Shown here piece by piece: positions 13,988-25,398 of a stretch of DNA of 64,000 nucleotides. Numbering within the stretch: position 1 is the stretch's first letter; each line of letters starts with the position of its first letter. The stretch is from Eledone cirrhosa (lineage: Eukaryota): assembly GCA_964016885.1 (NCBI GenBank), contig OZ024758.1, positions 15,438,001 through 15,502,000 of the forward strand, read 5' to 3'. The notes beneath the pieces were generated by a model. The model was not told the origin of the DNA and searched no databases. It saw nothing but the letters and a program-made list of their open reading frames with translations. The translations under genes were made by a program, and so were the position numbers.

Positions 13988-14911
13988 TTGAATAACCATG
14001 GAAAGAGGCAAAGAGGTTGTCCCAAGATGAACTAGCAGCAGACATTCGACAGAGACCTGAAACGATGGAACGATGTATTGATAGATGCAGCTGACCATGG
14101 TCATTGGAGCACTGTGGCTGCCTCATGCGTCTCAAGACACAGGAGCTTCTAAGTCTTAAACTCCTCTGTTAGCAGAATCAGAAAACATTTGATAGCTTAC
14201 CTTGTACGGGCCTTTGAATAGATATCTCCAGTGGTGCACTCTTATCAATGCTACTAGATGTTGATATCTCACCATTAAGAAATGATAGTAAGTCTTTTCT
14301 GTCAGGACGGCGAACAACGGTGACATCTGCTGCCTAGAGAACGAGAAACCACAAAGTTTAGAAATACGTGAATGTCATACTTCGGGTTTCACATATTTGA
14401 CACAATAATGAAAAATTAGAAATTAGAAATAAATTAGTGAAAAATTAGAAATTAAAAATAAATTAGAAATAAAAAAAAGGCAGCCTTTCATGTGTGAGTA
14501 GAGGAGACAATAGCTATTAAGGGATGCAATAACCAGGGGGTGAGAGAAGCCCCTAGTTCTTGTTAGGACAAGATTCTAGGAGAAGGAAACCTCGGATGTA
14601 AAACCTGTTACTCGATGGCAACCAATAATGTTGACAACCTGTTCTTCTTTTTATACCTGTCACCGATGTTCAGAGAGTGGGATTGGTCCAGTACAGGACC
14701 TTTCTTCACTTAAAAAAATCTTCAAACACAGACATTACTTCATCTAAATGACTTTCACATGTGTTACGTGAGCAAGGCCTTTTCTTTTTTCTTTCACTGT
14801 AGCATATGCAAAAAGGAATCTAAGTCCTTGGCAGGGCTAAAAAGTCATCTTTGTGTCACACATTTATGCTAAAAAGGTCAAGGGATAGCAATTCTTAAAA
14901 CCGAGATGCAG

Positions 14912-14968
<57 letters not shown>

Positions 14969-17267
14969 TCACAACAAAAAAGCACCCAGTCCACACTGTA
15001 AAGTGGTCGTGTAGGTGTCATGATGACAAAAAAGCACCCAGTCCACACTGTAAAGTGGTCGTGTAGGCGCCACACTAAAAAAGCACCCAGTACTCACTGT
15101 AAATGAGGTTGGCGTTAGGAAGGGCATCCAGCTGTAGAAACCAAGCTAAAATCAGTTCTGTATGAGCAAGACATGGTCACCTGACCTGGCAAAGCCTACA
15201 ACAGGACAACCCGTCTAACCCATGTTAGCGTGGAAGAATGGACCCAAAACAGTGATGATGATGATATATTTAAAGGAACAATCGACTTTCGTCAAATCGG
15301 ACTGAGGAAACAATGTAGAAGGAGCAAGGTGAAATAAAGTGTCTTGTTCAAGGACATAACACATTGCCCGGTCCAGGAATCGAACTCACAACCTCACGAT
15401 TGCGAATCCAATTCTCTAACCACTCAGCCACAGGCTTTCACTGATATATATATATGTATATATACACATGGATTCCTAATGTATATCAGACGAGCACAGT
15501 TAAAAAGGTGACAAATTAGTTATTTTATAAGTGCGTGTGTTTCCATTATTCAAGACCTGAGAGTATATAGAAATGAAATCAAACTTATATCGGTGTATTA
15601 ACTTACCGCCGCTTCTCCGACATAAAGTGGATGTGCCAGGTGTACATTTTTGAGAAGGAAAAGGATGCAGTCCAATGTGTAATACTCTTTGCAAATGCCA
15701 TCTTTACCAGTACTGATACAATATAAAAATCATAAGATACATGAAAAATAATACATTGGAGTATCTCAAACATATTTTTATGTGAAGTGGATTGTGTAGT
15801 TTTAGAAATACTCCTTAGTTCCGACAACACAAAACTCTAAACTTAAAAGGAAAGTGTTACAACTATTAAAGCAACTATATCCAATATGAGCCAATAAGGA
15901 TCCTGTACATAGTTGTTCCTTGTGCTAGAAATAAACAGCTAAATCTCCCTCAAATCATACCCTGCCATCTTAAATAAGGGAATGACATATTAGATAATAG
16001 TGGAAGTGGGTCACCTAGTGGTAAGGGTGTTGGACCTCTGACCATAATGTTGTGGGTTAAATTTCTGGACTGGGTTGTGACTTGTGCTCTTCAGCAAAAC
16101 ACTTCATCATTTCCCGTTGCTTCAGTAAACTCAGCTGAAAATGAGTACCAGCAGCAATAACTGGAGGTTTAACACTGCAATGGACTGGCATCCTGTCCAA
16201 GATGGGGGAGGGTCTTGTACTCTCAGTCACTTAACGCCATGAAAACCGGGATAAGCACCAGCCTGGTGAGCCTCCGGGCTCAAGACAAACTTTAGATATT
16301 AGATTATATAGTCAGGACCAGACTCCCCTCGGGTACAAGCCGAAGCTGAAGCATATAGACAATATGCCCGTAAAATCTGTCCAGTGCTTCTTTCCTGAGA
16401 CATTCTAACCACATTATCGGAGCTGTGGTTTCTGAATGGAAGGGGGGACAAATTTGGTCAATTTAGGAACGAAACTGAAGCATATAGACACTATGCCCCC
16501 CACCCCCACTGCAAAGTGGTCGTGGAGGTGTCACGACAAAAAAAGCACCCAGTGCACACTGTAAATGAGGTTGGTGTTAGGAAGGGCATCCAGCATCAGT
16601 TCCTGTATGAGCAAGACATGGTCACCTGACCTGGCATTGCCCACAACAGGACAACTCATCTAACCCATGCTAGCGTGGAAGAAGGGACATAAAATGGTGA
16701 TGATAATGATACCTCATAAAAAAGGAGGTGGGCATAGTCACAGTTGAAGTACCTTTGTTCATAGATTACTCAGATACCACCTGGTGCTAATTAGTAACTT
16801 CATCCAATTTAATTACTAATTAATTTCAACATCTAAAAAGCAATTAATTTCCTGTACTTACATACATCAGACAGAATCGTCACATGACCTTTCAGCATAA
16901 TAATTGTTTCTACTTTTGGCACAAGGCCAGCAATTACCCAGTGCATTACTGGTACTTTATTTTATCGACCCCGTAAGGATGAAAGGCAAAGTTAACCCCG
17001 GCGGGATTTGAACTCAGAATGACAAGGGCCGTAACTCTATGCGTCAAAGCATGGCGTCCGATCCTCTACCGATACTGCCAATCCACCGCCCTAACCTTTC
17101 AGCATAATAATGGTTTCTAATTTAAGCACAAGGCCAGCAATTGGAGGAGGGGGGTTTAATTCCACCCCAGTACTTGACAGCTACTTTATTTTATCAACCA
17201 GTGGTGACCATAACTGAACTCTGGAAACTAAGGTCGAGCATTCATTTTAAGTGTATGAAATTTGAAA

Positions 17268-17298
<31 letters not shown>

Positions 17299-20200
17299 TA
17301 CATGAATCAAAGTTCTGTTCTAACCATTTATTAGCTTACAATTGTTTCTTCCAAACCGAGGTTTGGAGTCTTCGGAGCAATTTTTCAATGATTGTTTACA
17401 TACATGACCTCCTTTTCAACACAAGAGACATACAGAAACATATGTATATATCGATGCACAGTGGGATGACATCCATTATAATATTTTAGCATGGCAATTT
17501 ACATTCAAAGATTAAAGTCATATTAAAAGAAAATTACAACAAAATTAAAGTTAAAATACAACATTGGCAGTTTACGAAGATAATGCAAGAGACACGTGCA
17601 TGCCCCATGTGTAACTATTGCATACACTAACTACTTCAAACTATCCTCCTGCATTATCTTCATAAACTGCCAATGTTGTATTTTAACTTTAATTTTGTTG
17701 TAATTTTCTTTTAATATGACTTTAATCTTTGAATGTAAATTGCCATGCTAAAATATTATAATGGATGTCATCCCACTGTGCATCGATATATACATGTGTT
17801 TCTGTATGTCTCTTGTGTTGAAAAGGAGGTCATGTATGTAAACAATCATTGAAAAATTGCTCCGAAGACTCCAAACCTCGGTTTGGAAGAAACAATTGTA
17901 AGCTAATAAATGGTTAGAACAGAACTTTGATTCATGTAATTTCTATATAACTGCTCTGTAGAACAACTGATGTTATTACATTGAGCTATTTATCTTACTG
18001 GTAATAAGATAGTAATAAATTACTATCTTTCACTGTTTAGGGTTTAAAATATATATAACTATAAAAGGTTTTAGTATATACATAACCATAAATAGTATCC
18101 TTAATACTATATATATATATAGTTTCGTTGACAAATATATCAATATGCCCAGACACGCAGATATATTGTCCTTTAACCTTGTTCTGGTGACGCAGCTCGA
18201 TGAAGCATGCAACTATTGATATACTCTTGTTTATAGGCTCTGATGATTCCTGCCATGGGGTATGGATGAAACACTGTTAGCTAATAAAACAATGTATTTC
18301 TAAGCACTCTTTGGTTATTCCTATAACTATATATATATATATATTATAATTATTTCTACTTTAGGCACAAGGCCAGCAATTACCCAGTGCATTACTGGTA
18401 CTTTATTTTATCGACCCCGTAAGGATGAAAGGCAAAGTCAACGTCGGCGGGATTTGAACTCAGATCGTAAAGGGACGTAACTATGCTGGAAAGCATGGCG
18501 TCCGACCCTCTACCGATACTGCCAATCCACCGCCCTTTAATATATATATTATAATATTCTTGAGCAAGACACTTTATTTCACGTTGCTCCAGTTTACTCA
18601 GCTGTAGGAGTTGCAATGGAACTGGTGCCAAGCTGTATCAGCCTTAGCCTTTCCCTTGGACAACATCAGTGGCGTGGAAAGAGGAGACTGGCATGCATGG
18701 GTGACTGTTGGTCTTCCACAAACAACGTTGCCCAAACTTGTGCCTCAGGGGGAAACTTTCTCAGTGCCAAATCCCATGGTCATTCATGGGAGACACCCTT
18801 TACATATTTACATATCAGAAACTTGTATAAGCAAGTTATATATTATACTATTCTAATTTCTTATACAAATATCAGGTTTTATCTCAAAAGTTTAATAGGT
18901 CCTTTGGGTAGTTTCACCATCACACCCCAGGGATCGATAACAATCCGACCACTTTGGGGACCCCCTGGTTTATTATACCAACTACAAGGGGGTGGAATAG
19001 AAAGAGGTGATGAAGAAGAGCATTGAAATTTAACTTAAGGCAATAGCAAACCCAAATTAAACAACACCAACACATCATCTTCTAGATATACAGACCTGCC
19101 AACCTCTAAAAACCCAAACGGAGAGTACGATGGGTAAAAGTGCCCCAAAATGGGGAGATTTTACATAATGAAAGCTATACCCATTTTCACAAGAGAAGAC
19201 ATCTCTCACCCACCCCAGAGTGGGTGGGAGATCTCCCTGTCAGACGGGGAGAGTTGACAGGTCTGGAGGAGGACACAACAAACTACTTCACCTTCAAATA
19301 GTTTAACCCTTTAGCATTTAAACCAGCCATACCCAACCAGAATTCTCTCACTTCTTTCTGTTCAAACTGGCCACTCATACTTATGTTAAGGTATTGTTCT
19401 TAAAATAAATAATATCAAAATCTCATAGATTCGATATTATGTGAAATAATTATGCGAGGAAAAGCCTTTACTGTGAAAATATAATTGTTTCTACTTTTGG
19501 CACAAGGCCAGCAATTATTCCAGTGCATTACTGGTACTTTATTTTATCGACCCCGTAAGGATGAAAGGCAAAGTTAACTCGGCGGGATTTGAACTCAGAA
19601 TAGCAAGGGCCGTAACTCTATGCGTCAAAGCAAGAGTAATGTAAATAGTAAAGGGTTAACAAAGCCCATATTTATCTCTAAGCAACATTCATAGATTTTA
19701 AGAATAAAAATAAATAGATGATGGAGGCACATGACTTAGCAATTAGAGCATTGGCCTTGCAATCGAAAAGTTGTGAGTTCAATTCTCAGACCGGGTGATA
19801 GTGTTGTTTCCTTGAGCAAGACACTTTATTTCACATTGCTCCAGTTTACTCAGCTGTAGAAATGAGATGATAAGACTGGGGTCCCTATCATTCCACTGCA
19901 AAGTGGTCGTGGAGGTGCCACAGCAAAAAAGCACCCAGCCCTCACTATAAAGTGGACATGTAGGCGTCACGGAAAGAAAGCACCCAGCACTCACTGTAAA
20001 TGAGGTTGGTGTTAGGAAGGGCATCCAGCTGTAGAAATCAAGCCAGAATCAGTTCCCGTCCCACCCTTGCAAGCAGGGAAAAGCGGACGTAAAAGGATGA
20101 TGATTGAAAACTTTGATGATTGTATTTAACAAGTTTGGGGTTTTGATATCCTGTACCCATAGCTAATTTGCAACATACAGTAACAATAATAATAATTGTT

Positions 20201-21067
20201 TCTACTTTTAGCACAAGGCCAACAAATATCCCAGTGTATTGCTGGTACTCTATTTTATCGACCCCGTAAGGATGAAAGGCAAAGTTAACCTCGGCGGGAT
20301 TTGAACTCAGTCCGTAAAGGGACGTAACTGTACTGCAAAGCATGGCGTCCGACCCTCTACCGATACTGCCAAGAACACAGAAGAGCCGAATTCGCACTGT
20401 CATCACCTCCATCTCTCTTGCCCTCCCCATTTCTCACTATTATATGGTCAAATGGTGTCTCACGCACTGGCCACCCCTTGGCCTCCGGCGGACAGGATAG
20501 AGAAGGCGTTTCTCCGAAGGATGGTAAGGGAGATACGCTGGAAGAGCCATTCCATCTCCGAGGCTCACACCTGCAGCTAGCCAGCCCAGAACCTATGGTG
20601 ATTACAGAGATGTCTATAGATATTGTTTAACCCTAGGTTAGCTCTGATCAAACAAACTTAGGATCAAAACACATTCTTGCTGTGATCATTGATGTTATAA
20701 TTTACAATACTATTGTTTCTCAATCAACGCTTTGGCTGTACATTAATCTTATACTTAGCTTCCATCATGTACACCATCATTGCCTATCCTATCCTATTGG
20801 TGCAGTAAATCATTCTATTATGTCAGGAACAATTTCACATGATTGTTTAAACCCAACAAATATAATTAAATATTAATTAAGTCTTTCGTTAATTATTTTT
20901 ACCAATGCAATGCAACTATTTTAATAGATACGTCTCAGTACGAATTCTTATTAAATTTACTGGTGCAACACTAACTAGGATTTAGCTGATTAGACCAACG
21001 AATAGTCATATATTTATGCGCCAACTTGCATACTGAGGTGTCGGTAAACAACCAACACATACTCAAA

Positions 21068-21129
<62 letters not shown>

Positions 21130-21903
21130 GACACCCTGTATATATCCTACTACAAATCGAAACCGAAAATATTCACCAAATGAAATAATCAACAGAAAGA
21201 TTTAACGAATGGAACTTATACAAGAAACTAGTCTGTGTTATTGATTCACTACTTAGCACGTATTAGTCGCGACAGTTCTTATTTCTACGGAAGTAATTTG
21301 TAATTTCAAATAGTTTAAAGAACCAAACTATTGTTAGCATTCTAGATTTAAAATATTAATATGAAATCTAGGCTTCATTTAGTATTCGACGTGATATTCA
21401 AGTTAAATCTTCAAAATTTATGCTTTTTAAAACTTAAATACCATATTGGTATTTTTCGTTTTTATTATTCCTTATTTTTCCATCATGCTTATATTCCACT
21501 ACTTAACCTTTCTTAGTGTCTGCCATGGTTGTTTAAATGTAAAAAAAAAACAATTACCCACATTTAAATAAAATTTACGACATTGAATTCTATAAGGAAT
21601 TGTTAAATTTTTCTTTCTTTCAAACTAGAAAGCGATTTCTTTATATGCAAATATATTTCTGGTTATCTATCTATAGAATAAATGCCGTAAAATGTCTTGA
21701 TTATATATATATATATATATATAGGGTGTCCCCAAAAATGTATACACACTTCAACAGCATTCTAAAAAGTATTGCCTGCAGAGGTAATCAAAGTGTGTAT
21801 ACATTTTTGGGACACCTTGTGTGTATATGTGATTTTACACATGTGCTAAGACCATAATTCAGTTAATGTTATAAAAAGACTTATTTTTTAAAACTACTAC
21901 TAC

Positions 21904-21941
<38 letters not shown>

Positions 21942-22632
21942 TTATATATATATACTTTGCAATATTGGTATAGGAAATAGTAATAAAATTTAGAGTAACT
22001 AAAGAAAACAATAATTATATAAACACTAATCAAAGTATAAACGAAATATCAGTCTGGTGCCAAAGATATGACTAAGAATATGTTTTTTATATAACAAGGA
22101 TCTTATTTTATTTCAATATTTAACAAAACGGGTTACAAATTATTTTGTATCCCGGAAACAACAAATTAATTGGAGTTTTTTTTTTCCTCTAGCTTTGATT
22201 AGATATTTTAGTGTTACCAGGTTAACTTTGCTTTTCATCCTTACGGGGTCGATAAAATAAAGTGCCAATAATTATACTAGGTAATTGCTGGCCTTGTGCC
22301 AAAAAGTAGAAACAATTATATTTAAAAGTACCAGTAATGCACTGGTTGTTTGCTGGCCTTGTGCCAAAAGTAGAAAGAATTATATTTATAAGGTTATATA
22401 TATATTATGAAGACTAAAATCCGAAGAGGGCTCGATAAGGATTATATATATATATATATATATAACGAAGGAAATGTGGTAAGGAACCAGATGGACCATA
22501 ACGCACCAAAGTACTCAATACTTAGGGTAGTAGAGTGGGTAATAGGAACGAGTAGGACCCCGACGGCTGAGCTCAAGCCGTTTCGACAGCTAATTCTGGA
22601 CTAAAATTTCAGCCGTCGGGGCCATACTCGTT

Positions 22633-22680
<48 letters not shown>

Positions 22681-22781
22681 CATAATACTGTTTCCTCAAA
22701 ACATATATGTGTACATATACATTCTTTTACTTGTTTCAGCCATCCGATTAGGGCCATGCTGGGGCACTGCCCTTAGATGTA

Positions 22782-22816
<35 letters not shown>

Positions 22817-23244
22817 GGCTAGATTAGTGAATCTTTGTTACCCACTATTATAATATATATAAGCAATAATTAATTGTATATATTTATATTATTTGTGTTT
22901 ATATATTTTCATTATGTAAGAATTATAAACCATTTGTAATGTTATTTATACAACTGTTCATAACATAATTAAAACAAATTAGACAACAAATGCGAATAAT
23001 TAACAAGTTTCGGTTCGTAAGATTAATATGTAAATTATAAAATACCAACAGAATTGTTTTTAAATAAAATAACAGTAAAATTAACCAACGAATTTATTAT
23101 TAATGACAGTATAGACAAGTTCTGGTTTACTTTTCAGATTAATAAATAGTTTATCTAGATATGGTGCGAGGAAAAACAACTTTGGTTTGAAGAATTAGTG
23201 GATTCTTACATACACTAACTATACAGAGGGTTTATAACTATATC

Positions 23245-23289
<45 letters not shown>

Positions 23290-23321
23290 TATTATGTTTA
23301 CGATGTAAAAAAACAGAAGAC

Positions 23322-23353
<32 letters not shown>

Positions 23354-23583
23354 CAACTAGAAATTGATTGACATATATATTTATTTAAAATAAACACATG
23401 AAACAATCACAGGGGATAATTTGTAAAGTGTGTATCTATGACTCCCTTAATTTAATTCAATTAAATTAATTTTTAATATATATATATGTGTGTGTAGAAG
23501 AGATATTTAATTTGTTGGAAATCCAACAAATATAGATGTTTATAACTGATTCAGAGCACTCGACAGTTTATTTAATATCATTG

Positions 23584-23636
<53 letters not shown>

Positions 23637-23804
23637 AGGTGTCCCTACAAAATGTATACACACTTTGATTAGAATGCTGTTGAAGTGTGTACACATCATA
23701 TGGGGACATACTGTGTATATATATATGTGTGTGTTCATGTGTGTGTGTATAAAATAGTGTGTATATGCATAATTTTGTATATGATCTCTCATATATGTAT
23801 GAAC

Positions 23805-23862
<58 letters not shown>

Positions 23863-23928
23863 CTGAACATGTATATATATATATATCTCATCTCAGATGA
23901 GATATGTATGAACACACACATATATATC

Positions 23929-23962
<34 letters not shown>

Positions 23963-24377
23963 GAATGATCCAAAAGCTAAAATATTAAAAAGTGAAGTTG
24001 AAGCCATTTAAAGATCAAATTTGGAAACATTACATACAGTAAGTTAAATATATATATTATTAAAAGTACATGGAGAAAAATCCAATAAACAGAATTAAGG
24101 ATGGATGTTGGTTCGTCTGAATACCTTAGTCGTGTTTGGAGAATATAAAATTATGATGCGCATAAGGAGTGACAAGAGAGGAAGGAAAAAATCAACTAAA
24201 ACCTCCCAAAAAACTAGAGTATTTAAAAAAAGAAATAGTTACTTACCCCCAAACAATATAATTTGTTTTAGTTGATTTTGGCCAAGCGAATTCTCCAAAT
24301 ATAACTTGATCTCCTTTATCAACTATCTCCTTTTTGTTGATATTATACTGACGAAGAATGCTTAGAACATCAGCCAT
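1067..24377 (-). CDS. CDC73: Parafibromin (CDC73, PAF1 complex subunit), spliced; 3' end lies beyond the left edge
   Basis: Join on minus strand: 24247-24377, 15607-15712, 14201-14333, 5982-6040, 4813-4898, 3629-3851, 2243-2344, 1679-1745, 1067-1319. All introns GT-AG with consistent phases. Translation [19 protein letters not shown]...[12 protein letters not shown]...[11 protein letters not shown]...[15 protein letters not shown]...[37 protein letters not shown]...[10 protein letters not shown] matches parafibromin motifs. Confidence 0.96.
1679..1745 (-). CDS. CDC73: CDC73 coding exon 8
   Basis: [22 protein letters not shown], 67 nt. Confidence 0.95.
2243..2344 (-). CDS. CDC73: CDC73 coding exon 7
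   Basis: [34 protein letters not shown], 102 nt. Confidence 0.93.
3131..3342. mobile_element. piggyBac-type TTAA MITE, about 210 bp (family representative)
   Basis: TIR CCCTTTAGCATTTA with TTAA TSD. Other copies: 19303-19659, 30808-31238, 39950-40351, 41644-41859, 50999-51217, 53311-53755 (nested pair), 56288-56459, 59690-60078, 62617-62773. Confidence 0.85.
3629..3851 (-). CDS. CDC73: CDC73 coding exon 6
   Basis: [33 protein letters not shown]...[31 protein letters not shown]. Confidence 0.95.
4030..4690. repeat. Compound GT-rich microsatellite, (GTGTGAGTGTTT)n-like
   Basis: 12-14 bp periodicity seen directly. Confidence 0.95.
4813..4898 (-). CDS. CDC73: CDC73 coding exon 5
   Basis: [28 protein letters not shown], phase 0 to 2, polypyrimidine-CAG/GTGAGT. 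Confidence 0.85.
5101..5218 (+). pseudogene. Degenerate 28S rRNA fragment
   Basis: GTGTCCCAAGACGAGCTCAG..GAGCAAAAGGGTAAAAGCTC..ATTTTCAGTATGATACGGACCACGAAAGC resembles a conserved eukaryotic LSU segment (GAGCAGAAGGGCAAAAGCTCGCTTGATCTTGATTTTCAGTACGAATACAGACCGTGAAAGC, recalled from memory). Confidence 0.75.
5320..5898. mobile_element. hAT (Charlie-like) non-autonomous element with internal 29-31 bp array (5441-5872)
   Basis: Terminus GTTTGACATGCCTG followed by ATCTAGAG (NTCTAGAN target type); unit TGTGGCCCTCAGACAACACATATGTGACCCA. Confidence 0.65.
5982..6040 (-). CDS. CDC73: CDC73 coding exon 4 (basic NLS-like segment)
   Basis: [20 protein letters not shown], phase 1 to 0, CAG/GTAAGT. Confidence 0.9.
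6301..12947. repeat. 48-bp tandem satellite, about 138 units, in CDC73 intron 3
   Basis: Unit CACTTTACAGTGTGTGCTGGG(CA/TG)CTTTTTGTTGTTGCATCTACATGAT; continuous with the SINE body at 6136-6300. Confidence 0.98.
13227..13491. repeat. Perfect palindrome, 132-bp arms, Penelope-like terminal fold-back
   Basis: Arms are reverse complements about position 13359; left end abuts (TA)n. Confidence 0.9.
13399..13459 (+). ncRNA. Type I hammerhead ribozyme motif; mirror copy on minus strand at 13259-13319
   Basis: tttcatt-CTGATGA-c-tgaaagca(tattttgtt)tgctttca-a-GAAA-cc(act)gg-TA-aatgaaa: full core, 7-bp stem I, 8-bp stem II, GUA cleavage triplet. Confidence 0.85.
13555..13939 (-). mobile_element. Same tRNA/CORE-like SINE family, with two internal units
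   Basis: Reverse-complement match to 37504-37826. Confidence 0.8.
13995..14158 (+). mobile_element. RTE-type 3' end fragment
   Basis: [42 protein letters not shown]. Confidence 0.55.
14201..14333 (-). CDS. CDC73: CDC73 coding exon 3
   Basis: [44 protein letters not shown], 133 nt. Confidence 0.95.
15607..15712 (-). CDS. CDC73: CDC73 coding exon 2
   Basis: [35 protein letters not shown], 106 nt, AG/GTAAGT. Confidence 0.95.
17288..17949. repeat. Near-perfect inverted repeat, about 300-bp arms and 56-bp spacer
   Basis: 17288-17590 versus 17647-17949 with few mismatches; left end abuts (TA)n. Confidence 0.9.
17859..17910 (+). ncRNA. Minimal hammerhead motif (U4C variant) followed by AATAAA; mirror copy near 17327-17378 on minus
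   Basis: gct-CCGAAGA-c-tccaaac(ctcg)gtttgga-a-GAAA-c(aatt)g-TA-agct-AATAAA; palindromic loop III. Confidence 0.7.
18235..18289 (+). ncRNA. Minimal hammerhead motif followed by AATAAA
   Basis: gct-CTGATGA-t-tcctgcc(atgg)ggtatgga-t-GAAA-c(act)g-TT-agct-AATAAA. Confidence 0.65.
19091..19266. mobile_element. MITE with CAGACCTGCCAAC-type TIRs; inverted copy at 2403-2783 hosts another element (2433-2654)
   Basis: CAGACCTGCCAAC ... GTTGACAGGTCTG; the nested element begins CAGGGCCGGATTT and ends AAATCCCACTCTG. Confidence 0.6.
19726..20105 (+). mobile_element. Same tRNA/CORE-like SINE family, with two internal units
   Basis: Match to 37504-37826; (TGA)n tail. Confidence 0.8.
20382..20602. repeat. 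Unclassified dispersed repeat; copies 43625-43780 and 46205-46470
   Basis: Shared AGAGCCAAACTCCCACTGTCATCGCCTCCATCTCTCTTGCCCTCCCCAT..GGTAAGGGAGA..GGAAGAGCC. Confidence 0.6.
21722..21820. mobile_element. About 100-bp Tc1/mariner-type MITE; copies 23635-23715 and 24817-24880
   Basis: AGGGTGTCCCCAAAAATGTATACACACTT ... AAGTGTGTATACATTTTTGGGACACCTT in TA context. Confidence 0.7.
24247..24377 (-). CDS. CDC73: CDC73 coding exon 1
   Basis: [43 protein letters not shown], 131 nt, donor GG|GTAAGT. Confidence 0.95.
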
Positions 24378-24415
24378 GCTGCCTTATTTCTTCTTCCAGA
24401 TATATATATATATAT

Positions 24416-24461
<46 letters not shown>

Positions 24462-24935
24462 GTCTGTAAATATATATATATATATATATTTATGAACTAA
24501 GGTTCTGGCTGTCGAATTACTTGTTCGACTCCAACCAATCTTGATTAAAGCTCAATATGTCAGCTTGGTTGAGACGGGCAAGTGAACGCAGTGTAGACAG
24601 ACGTGGTAGTTGTCGATGCGGCTGCCGACAAATATGATATTGCTTGTCATTTGCAGCGCACTCTTGCGGTTGACATAGACACTTTCAACAAAGATACCTT
24701 GACATTTTAATTACACACACTTTTATATATATATATATATATATATGTATGTACATATACGCACACACATATATACACACACATATATCTATACACATAC
24801 AAATATATAACATATACAAGGTGTCCCCCCAAAACGTATACACATTTATTAGTATGCTTTTGAAGTGTGTATACATTTTATTTAGGGGGGAGGGACACTA
24901 CATACACATAGGTACACACACACACATATATATAT

Positions 24936-24970
<35 letters not shown>

Positions 24971-25266
24971 CACACACACATATGATAATGAAATTATTGT
25001 GTACAGTGCTCAGGTGCACTACAACTCATCAAAGGTGCATGTATAGTACATAGAATAATGTACAAATGTCAGGAAAGTGAAGTGTATGAGTCATGATATA
25101 TATGTGTGCATGAAGGGGGAATATCAGGTGTAGTATTGGCGAATTTCAGGAAGTATGGAGGTTTTAAAGGATGCAGTGTCTCAACAACTAACAATTGATG
25201 GCGGTAGTTTGTTCGATGCTTCAGCAACTCTGAGCGTGAAAAAATGTTTCCGAAATATATATATAC

Positions 25267-25398
25267 ATATTTAATATAGAAATGGCTTCTACAGGAGTAG
25301 AACTGTTTCATTCGGGAGAAATCATCAGGAAGCTTCCTGATGATTTCTCCCGAATGAAACAGTTCTAGTCCTGTAGAAGCCATTTCTATATTAAATAT
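25267..25398. repeat. Palindrome, 66-bp arms
   Basis: Centre AAG|CTT at 25332/25333, one mismatch seen; related sequence at 500-607 and 27105-27190. Confidence 0.9.
25332..25380 (+). ncRNA. Type I hammerhead motif; mirror copy on minus strand at about 25285-25333
   Basis: gcttc-CTGATGA-t-ttc(tccc)gaa-t-GAAA-cag(ttctagtc)ctg-TA-gaagc. Confidence 0.8.
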
